A DNA stretch of 63,977 nt, filler included, from Aduncisulcus paluster (lineage: Eukaryota): assembly GCA_024181965.1 (NCBI GenBank). It is 7 parts of 7 records of this genome, joined end to end, with 100 filler letters (N's around TTAATTAATTAA, not from the genome) between each part and the next. Parts side by side here need not be neighbours in the genome. Positions count along the whole stretch, not along the records: positions 51,882 to 58,721 come from BQXS01009708.1; positions 58,822 to 62,371 come from BQXS01009716.1; positions 62,472 to 63,977 come from BQXS01009767.1; 4 more parts are not named here. The stretch is one strand, 5' to 3'. A program made the position numbers and the translations under genes. Positions 56,314 through 63,977 of the stretch are shown in pieces (position 1 is the stretch's first letter; each line of letters begins with the position of its first letter). The notes under the pieces were generated by a model, which saw only the letters and a list, made by a program, of their open reading frames with translations, made no database searches and was not told the origin of the DNA.

Positions 56314-56841
56314 ATATGAAGTAGGGATTGGAAAACTTGGGAAAACAAATTTGAATTGATGAAAATTAGGTCAATTTTTGATAGATGTCATTGTTATTAA
56401 ATATTAAAATGAATTTACATACAAAAATCAATATATAGATGTTGCTGTCAAGAAAATTGACATCAAAATTTCTATGGCCAGTTCAGTAGCCTTATGATGA
56501 TAATTATGGAAGGAAATTATCGTATATGAGGTTTGTCCTTATATTTATTATTCTTAAGGAGCATTATTAGGTTTGGATAAGCAGATGAGAGAACAGAATT
56601 CTGAAAACGTTAAACCTCCTATGACACCTTAATATTAACACAAAATATAAACAAAATATCCTTTACTAAATATTTTCACATTGAAAAATAATGTCTGCTT
56701 TCTACTTTGATATTATTACATTGCTCCCTCTTTTTGACACAAACCACCACCTTAATCTGAAAATTTCACTTTAAAGTTTTTTCGTTATCAACTTTAAAAA
56801 AATTTTCAACCTATTACTATCGAATTTACTGATATTGAACA

Positions 56842-57783
56842 ATGTGCTGGCGTTCGACTGAATCTTCTGAACCTACCATTCCATCAACAATTGAAAAACA
56901 TCCCGTAGATATGATATCTATTCACCAAATACATATAAATGTGTTGGAGAAACTAGGTTCTCCACAGATGCTCTCTGACTTCAAATCCGAACAATTTTCT
57001 TCCATTTCCTCATTTAGAGTTGAAGACGTATCCATAACTATTGATGATTGTTCCGCTTTGAATTCTTTATTTAAAATAATTCCCATTACTGTTATCGAGG
57101 TCCATAATATCACTTTCGAAAAAGATTGTTGTCTTAGTTTATTATTTAGAGCAATTTCGAACTGTACAATGTTAAAACGGCTTGTACTCAGTTCTATTAA
57201 GACGAAAAGTGGCGATAGATCCCAATTTGATGCTGACTTAACTGAGAGTTTTGATTTTTGTTCTCCAATAGCCAAATCGATTCAAGAGTTATATTTAATC
57301 GATCTTAATATGTCTAAATCGATCAAAACATTTTCTTCTAAATTCCTAAAGCATGCTACATCGCTTAAAGAACTCTGTCTTAACAATAATCCGATTGGGA
57401 AACATTTGACCGGAAAGTTCGGCAAAAACTTGCCAATTTCACTGAACCATCTCATGTTGGACAACTGTGAGCTTAATAATATGGGATTATGGGCAAAGAA
57501 GCACTTTAAAAAGGGAATTGAAACGTTGGAGTATTTATTTGGCATCGAATTGAGTTCTAACGACTTAACTGACATTAAACTATTGCCATTGTTACCTTCA
57601 ATCCCCAAATCTAAGAATTTAAAGCTTAGTTTTATAGATATGAGTAAGAATAAGTGGAAGCAAAAGGATCTTATATCGTTTGTAGAAAAAGTGAAAGATT
57701 CTCCTTCTCTTGCAATAGCTTTACATGGATGTGAAAGACCTACATCTGTTAAAAGGTGTCCAAACGTCTCTTGGGTTGAATAA
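56842..57783 (+). CDS. RNI-like leucine-rich repeat protein
   Basis: IQELYLIDLNM, LKELCLNNNPI, LNHLMLDNCEL, IELSSNDL and IDMSKNKW repeats. Confidence 0.85.
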   Translation: MCWRSTESSEPTIPSTIEKHPVDMISIHQIHINVLEKLGSPQMLSDFKSEQFSSISSFRVEDVSITIDDCSALNSLFKIIPITVIEVHNITFEKDCCLSLLFRAISNCTMLKRLVLSSIKTKSGDRSQFDADLTESFDFCSPIAKSIQELYLIDLNMSKSIKTFSSKFLKHATSLKELCLNNNPIGKHLTGKFGKNLPISLNHLMLDNCELNNMGLWAKKHFKKGIETLEYLFGIELSSNDLTDIKLLPLLPSIPKSKNLKLSFIDMSKNKWKQKDLISFVEKVKDSPSLAIALHGCERPTSVKRCPNVSWVE

Positions 57784-58721
57784 AACCAATAAAACAATGT
57801 TCCAGATGCAAACAAATTAGTGGTTTGGATTCTATTCAACATTGTGTTTTGATAGAGAGTCTCTGGTAACCATTACGGTTAGCAAAAACAAAAATTGAAT
57901 TCGTCACACTTAGTAAGTCATCATAAAGGACTTGAGAGTGAGGAGATATGGATATAAATAGAAATTTAAACTTGAGAAAGGAACAATTCCATCTTTGAAG
58001 ATAATTGGTCAACCGGAGAAAAATATGAATTAAGTCGAATAAACTTAAACAATGACATAACAACTTCTAACACATCATAGTCTCACCAATACAAGAAATG
58101 AAGCAATGAATCTGTGTCGATCTTTGAATACATTTGAAATTGAAAAATCTTAAACAGAACTCTCAAAGCTCATCCAAGTTCGTGAATGATGGTATTATTT
58201 CAGATCTTAGCTAATCGAAAGAAAATCGAAAGAAAATGGAAAGCTCTCAAAAAGAAAGCCATGTTGGCAATATCTCCGAAAAAAAGTATTATTTTATCCC
58301 ATTGTATCTCCAAGGATATGTCATGATGCCATCCAAATGGCGACTTTTCGATCCTTTGATGTCAACAACGGACAATTGCAATACTATCCAAAATTTTATA
58401 TCACACTATTCCAAATATTGTGCTTTCAAACGACGAACGCATGAACCTCGCAAAGCTCGTGTGCGACAGAATTTCAAACTAGAAACTGGAAGTATCCAAT
58501 ATATAATATAATAAAAATATCAAAAATAAATAAAATGAATAAAATGCTGTGCAAAAATAATTTAAGCATGAAATATCCTTACTTCTGTCCACACATCACA
58601 CTGAAGCTGAAAGAACAGCACTTTTCGTTACAACTACGAGAGAATCTTTTGTGTTCGACCCGCTATTTCAGTATGTTTCCCCGATTCATGAAAAATATTT
58701 CTGTTGCTTTTCCTTTCGTTC

Positions 58722-58821
58722 NNNNNNNNNNNNNNNNNNNNNNNNNNNNNNNNNNNNNNNNNNNNTTAATTAATTAANNNNNNNNNNNNNNNNNNNNNNN
58801 NNNNNNNNNNNNNNNNNNNNN
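58722..58821. other. Artificial contig-joining linker
   Basis: N44-TTAATTAATTAA-N44. Confidence 0.98.
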
Positions 58822-60276
58822 CACCGATGTAAACTATGTTTTTCAGTTCCATATTATAAACCAGTCGCTTGTTCAAATTGTAGTTCCATTTTCTGTTCAT
58901 TTTGCCTCAAATATATTCAAATTAGATCAGAAAATATTTGTCCCGTTTGTAAGGCTTCTCAATGTCTTTCAACGGATCCTTGTCCTGCTCATGGTAAAGA
59001 ATTTACTGATAAGACTGATTCTAGTGAGTCTATTCCTCTTAAAAAAACGTGTAGAATATCATCTGACTATCTTCCTTCTTCCTTTCCAAGATTTTTGAAA
59101 TCGAGGGTTAAAATTGGAGATATGTCCGTAAAACTCGTTAATCTTGATTCATACTTTGCTAAACGAATGAAATGCCCATCTCCATCGACTACAAATCCTT
59201 CCACTCTCCTCCCTCTCATACTACCTTCCCTGCCATCGCCAGAGACCCAAGAGTCTCCTCCAGTCACGGATGAGGATGAAGAAGCAGGCATTGACCCAGA
59301 TGATCCAGGCTTTCTCAAATGGTACAAGAGATTCGACTATCGAATGCAATCAAAACTCCGTGCTAGAATAGATTATTCTCAAGCAACAAAAACTCGAAAT
59401 TTTTCATTAAAACTATTTTTGTATTCATTTCTCATACACGCCGTTCCATTTGTTTTAGGGACTGTATTCCATGCGTATTTCCCCTCGTGGACTCTCATTT
59501 TCCCTGTTGTTTTTTTCTCTCTCGGATTTCTACTTGGAATCGTTGATATCGTTGTATCTAGTTTGTTTGATAAAGTTTCACCGACTCGAATTGTTTCTTC
59601 CTTGATTTGGCTTCTCTTCAATCTCTCCTCTACTTTTCTCGTTGCCCAACTTTTTGATGTAGCATACAATCAAGGGAAAGAGCATTATGGATTTGTCTGG
59701 ATGTTATTTGCGAAAATACCCTTGTTTTCACTCTTTGGATTCTTTTATTCGATCAGAGCATTCCATATGAGGAGAAATATGGAAAGGGATAAATATGACG
59801 CTTCTACATTTGTTATGTTCTTTGTATTTCTCTTTATGATGATTGGTATGGACATCATGGCATGGATATTTGGACCATTGGGATTCAGTGCTGTTTCAGG
59901 TTTTGTAAAATTTGAGTTTTATTGTGTTATGATAACTTCATTTCTCTTGGATATTGCCATTCCTGTGTTGGTATTTTGGTCATGGTTTTATTATTTATTT
60001 GAGGATGAAGAATATTTTGATAAAATGTTTCTTCTGTCATTTACACCTTTTTGGAGAATTTTGCTCTGTGTTCGACCCGGACACGACGATTATGTCTATA
60101 CTGTACCAAAATACCTTTTTCTGCTTATTAACCTTGGATTTTCAACGATATTTATGCTTGTAGCATGTTTTATATTATGGATAGTGATAATTTTAATGGT
60201 TGTTTTAGCTATTTTAGTTCTCACCAAAGTGCTTGGAGGTCTCGAGAATGTATTGAAGGCTGTTGATGGGGATTGA
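58822..60276 (+). CDS. RING-finger + multi-pass transmembrane protein, 5' truncated
   Basis: The frame of ORF 59095 is open back to the linker and encodes CKLC-x10-CSNC-SSIF-CSFC-x11-CPVC (58828-58950), followed by ~8-9 hydrophobic segments. Confidence 0.8.
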   Translation, partial: HRCKLCFSVPYYKPVACSNCSSIFCSFCLKYIQIRSENICPVCKASQCLSTDPCPAHGKEFTDKTDSSESIPLKKTCRISSDYLPSSFPRFLKSRVKIGDMSVKLVNLDSYFAKRMKCPSPSTTNPSTLLPLILPSLPSPETQESPPVTDEDEEAGIDPDDPGFLKWYKRFDYRMQSKLRARIDYSQATKTRNFSLKLFLYSFLIHAVPFVLGTVFHAYFPSWTLIFPVVFFSLGFLLGIVDIVVSSLFDKVSPTRIVSSLIWLLFNLSSTFLVAQLFDVAYNQGKEHYGFVWMLFAKIPLFSLFGFFYSIRAFHMRRNMERDKYDASTFVMFFVFLFMMIGMDIMAWIFGPLGFSAVSGFVKFEFYCVMITSFLLDIAIPVLVFWSWFYYLFEDEEYFDKMFLLSFTPFWRILLCVRPGHDDYVYTVPKYLFLLINLGFSTIFMLVACFILWIVIILMVVLAILVLTKVLGGLENVLKAVDGD

Positions 60277-60769
60277 ATGACATATATATATATATATATT
60301 TGAGTGAATTTAAACTCGTCCAATGGATCATTGTTCATATGCTCTGGATACATAGTATATAGTACTATTATGAGTGGCTGGACATCATCCTATGTACTGC
60401 ATTATCAATGCCAATGACGCAACAGTTTGTGAATAGTTTTTTTATTGTTGAGTCCACACAATACTGTACTGTGCAAGGCAGTTAACTATTGTCAATAGTT
60501 AGTATTGAGAAGAAGATCCTAGTTTCTGTTCTGAGAAAAATATGAATAATATATTAATGAGAACTCTCTTGAGAGATTCAATATATAATAATATATCTAT
60601 TTATATCACTATAAGAATTGTTTATGATTAAGGTAATGAATAAGATATAAATTAGATATTGACTATATTCTACACCTGTGCTATAGTTATTTATATACAG
60701 CAAAATGGTATGTATATAAATAACAATGAATGAATTCAACGTATTTAATTTAACATTGATATATAGCAC

Positions 60770-60852
60770 ACATGTACATGTACGAGTATAGTATAGTATA
60801 GTATAGTATACATGTACATGTATAGTAGTACAGTATAGTAGTTCTGTATATA
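60770..60852. repeat. Simple repeats (TATAG)n and (ACATGT)n
   Basis: GTATAGTATAGTATAGTATAGTATA flanked by ACATGTACATGT. Confidence 0.85.
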
Positions 60853-60858
60853 GTTATC

Positions 60859-61983
60859 TCACTTGGTTGGATGATCTCTATGAAGTAAAGTATTCAAGGT
60901 TCTGATGGAAGATTCCAAATAACTCTTCTCATTCCTCACAAGACCACACAATTCAACGGACCCTTTCAGATAGTCACAGAGAACTGATGAGAGCCTGGAT
61001 ATATATGTTTTGGGCTCTTTAGGTGGAGATTGGATTAAAGAAGGCCGTTCTTTTCTATGATGAACAGCAGAGATGATCGAAGGAACACATGGATCGTCGG
61101 GTAAGGTAATTTCTGAATCAGAAAGAATACAGAAACACGCTCTTCCCTTGTGCATTGTATTCGGAGGAGAAAGGTGACTCGAAGAAGCATCAAGGTCAGG
61201 TATGGGTGTATTTCTAGGCACAGTATCAACGAACAACAGAATATTCTTCATCACCATTCCTTCCTGAATAATCTCCTTTTTTGTACAAACGGTTGTCAGT
61301 TGCCTCAAAGCGGCGTGATAATCGGAGATGCTTTTAATTTCAAGTCTTGTAGCACCACTGATACATATAATTCCATCGGTATCTTTCTTAATATTGCAGA
61401 TGCATCCGTGTTTCTTCTCTTCTTCAGTTAGTGTTGAGTGAGGATGGAAAGAAACGAGATCCCTGGTGTGGAATTTATCAACAGACACAAGTTGAATCAT
61501 AACCAATGGACGGTTTACACTAGGAATCTTACCAATATCGGCCATGAGAGCTGAAAAACACATAGTCACCACATTCGGAATGATAGATGTACAAGACGAT
61601 GGAGAGAGGAATAGATCCTCTTTCATGGAACAGGCAGCACCAAATAAACACATTAGGAATGGATAGCTTGTCTTCCTTACCATGGATGAGAGGAATGATG
61701 GGATAATGTGTCCAACAAGGCGAGATGAATCAGAGGGAGGAGAGATACAGAACACTTTATCTGGGGAATATGGAGGAATGGGACTTTCTTCAGAATCTTG
61801 AGAATCAGGGTCGTATGGTATTATATTTATAGAAAATACGGGAGAGTTTTTGGAATCTTTCTCAGATTGAACTATATTTAGACATTCTTCTCCTTCTGGA
61901 GCAGTCCCGGCAACAAGAGCACAAATGCTTACAGTTTGCTGATATTTGTGTGTTACCACATCTTTTGATTCACCTTCTTTCAT

Positions 61984-62019
<36 letters not shown>

Positions 62020-62371
62020 TTCTTCTTCTTCCTCCTCTTCTTTTTTTCTGTGCTTATTTGTGAGGGACTGTACTGTACTAAGCTCCACCTGTTGTAATAC
62101 TCCCTTGTCTAGTTGGTCAATATCTACACCATGAAACTCCTCAAGGGACTTATCCAGGGTAGTTGAATCCCTGGGATGGGAATATTGTACTGTATTGGAG
62201 TCAGAAAAGGAGAGAGATGTATCAGAAACATGGCCCAATGAAGTCTTAGGTCGAGATTTGAAGTGAATATGAACATTCTCTCCAATATCAATCGAATTTC
62301 TTGGCATTCGAGAGGTATTTTCGACAACTGAGAGAGATTTGTCATGTATTCCTGTTACTGTTCTCTGCGAG
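60859..62371 (-). CDS. Protein with a C-terminal degenerate kinesin motor domain, 5' truncated
   Basis: Ordered kinesin-like motifs: YSPDKVF, LFGAACSMKE, IIPNVV..CF, VMIQLVSV...TRDLV, IKKDTDGIICISGAT, GRACFCILSDSE, YISRLSSVLCDYLKG, ESSIRTL. Frame is open to the linker. Confidence 0.7.
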
Positions 62372-62471
62372 NNNNNNNNNNNNNNNNNNNNNNNNNNNNN
62401 NNNNNNNNNNNNNNNTTAATTAATTAANNNNNNNNNNNNNNNNNNNNNNNNNNNNNNNNNNNNNNNNNNNN
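62372..62471. other. Artificial contig-joining linker
   Basis: N44-TTAATTAATTAA-N44. Confidence 0.98.
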
Positions 62472-62755
62472 CTTGACTTCATTTCACTACGAACTTGAAC
62501 TGGCGTTTTATCAGTAAAAACATGGCGTTCAGCATCACTCTTAGAAGAAATTATGGCCTTAGAATCATCTTTTTCCTTTGAAATTACATCATCGGACAAT
62601 AAATCGGATTTTTCCTTTTCATCAGATTCTTTGGCATTTTCACCATGACTGGCATCACTATCATGGCGTTCAGTTTGTAAATCACCAACAATTTCAAATT
62701 CTTCATCATTATTATCAATATTGGCGTTTTTCAATTGGCTTCTTGTTTGTACCAT
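62472..62755 (-). CDS. Acidic low-complexity N-terminus of a truncated hypothetical protein
   Basis: ATG at 62755 (MVQTRSQLK...), open to the contig end. Confidence 0.6.
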
Positions 62756-63190
62756 TTTAACAGAAAAATTTTGGCGTCAATTATATAGTAAAGGTAGTTT
62801 GATATGATTTTGATCAAAATGTGGCCAAACTATACGATAATGCGGTCCAATTTATTAATAAACAGATCTCGAGCGAACCAATCTATTTTTAGAATGTCCC
62901 TGAGAATGGTCACCACACTATTTACCAATTATGTTTACTCTTCCATATCTTCATATCCCCATTGATCTTTCTCGGTACTCCCTTGAGACATGAGAGGCTG
63001 TGTATCAAAATGTACATCTACCACATCACCATCAATGAATCTTATGCAACCCCGAGCCCGGATGAGTTATTTAGAGCTTTAGAGGGGTATATCTATTTTG
63101 CAGCTGTCACCTTCTCAGGATGTTCTAATTATAGAACACAAGCCTTTTCGTTTATTTAGTAAATTGTAACCAGTCAACAGTATTTATACT

Positions 63191-63977
63191 ATGGCCATTA
63201 AGGTTATGAACAACAAAGATACCGAAAAATCCGAAAGAACCACCGCTATGGACACTCCAAAACCACCCTTTTTGAAATCGCTGGATACGAAAAATTGGGG
63301 AGAGTTCACACGAGAACTTACACATTACAAGTCTCTTGGGGGAACAAAAAACTGGATTGAAATGGTTGAAGCCAGTACACTGGCTGTAATCACGGATATT
63401 TCGGATGTACCGGATTTGAAGTCCGCTGAAAACCAAGAAAAAGCGTTCAACGCAGTTGAACAGGTTTTTGCGAGTACAAAAGCTATTGGGTTATATGATA
63501 GCTTGTCTGCTTGTAAAATGGAAAGAAGATTGTCGATCGATGCTTTATTGAGATACAACTGAAGTTTTCGGGAGATTAGAGACCGAGCCCCACAATTGGG
63601 AAGACCTGAGGAAGTTGTGAAACATTTTATCGACGGCCTCTGTAGCGAGAGGTTAAGGAAAAGAGTAGTCGCAGGTCTGGGTGATAACGTCAACGATTTA
63701 CCCTCAGCAGTCCGTATAGCAATCGTACAGCTGAAGAAACTGGTTGAAAATGAGTTGGAACACAAAACAATTGAATCTGAGCGTATTCCAGTGGGGGAAC
63801 GTCCGTTCCAATTCCGTTGCCACATCTGCAAGAAAGTGGGGCACAAAGCTTTTGAATGCCCCTATAAAAAGGATTCAGGGGGGAAAAGAAGGTTTGGGGA
63901 GAAGGAAAACCAATCCAAAAACCCAAAGAGGACACCGTTTATAAAGAATCGGGATCCTCGCTATGCTAGATTCTATC
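63191..63977 (+). mobile_element. gag: Retrotransposon gag-like ORF with CCHC zinc knuckle and one in-frame TGA; runs off the window
   Basis: After TGA 63560-63562 the same frame continues with VKHFIDGL..ERLR (gag capsid-like) and CHICKKVGHKAFEC (C-x2-C-x4-H-x4-C, 63818-63859). Confidence 0.8.

Noticed and set aside
56410-56630. DVAVKKIDIK kinase subdomain-II-like peptide
   Set aside because: Isolated motif surrounded by stops, with no other kinase subdomains.
62800-63190. LTR or primer-binding site upstream of gag
   Set aside because: No second copy in the window to define an LTR, and no convincing tRNA-complementary PBS.

Overview
This window is not one continuous locus. It is seven draft-assembly pieces (1-21374, 21475-31438, 31539-42859, 42960-51781, 51882-58721, 58822-62371, 62472-63977) joined by artificial 100-nt linkers (N44-TTAATTAATTAA-N44). 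It also has six 20-N scaffold gaps, several flanked by duplicated sequence. The content is a gene-dense, intron-poor eukaryote using the standard code, with short GTATGT...YAG introns, histone H2B, an exportin-4-like gene, FKBP, a PPi-dependent PFK, and WD40, LRR and coiled-coil proteins. The PPi-PFK, yeast-like 5' splice sites and expanded LRR/Cys-rich and 'PEFVHEG-repeat'/kinase families suggest an anaerobic metamonad. They resemble the fornicate Aduncisulcus paluster, but that is from memory and was not searched. Most notable: (1) a 1733-aa helical-repeat protein ending in a three-fold symmetric PHF5/Rds3-like 12-Cys zinc module; (2) a paralog family with a conserved framework and hypervariable patches, one member fused to MSP and kinase domains; (3) a kinesin motor domain with dead catalytic motifs; (4) a bacterial-type DUF1963 gene with an intron right after the ATG; (5) a decayed tyrosine recombinase beside a perfect 52-bp palindrome; (6) a structured ~135-nt intergenic RNA candidate; (7) a RING plus multi-TM protein missed by the ORF track; (8) a gag with one in-frame TGA. 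No tRNA, rRNA or CRISPR array was found.
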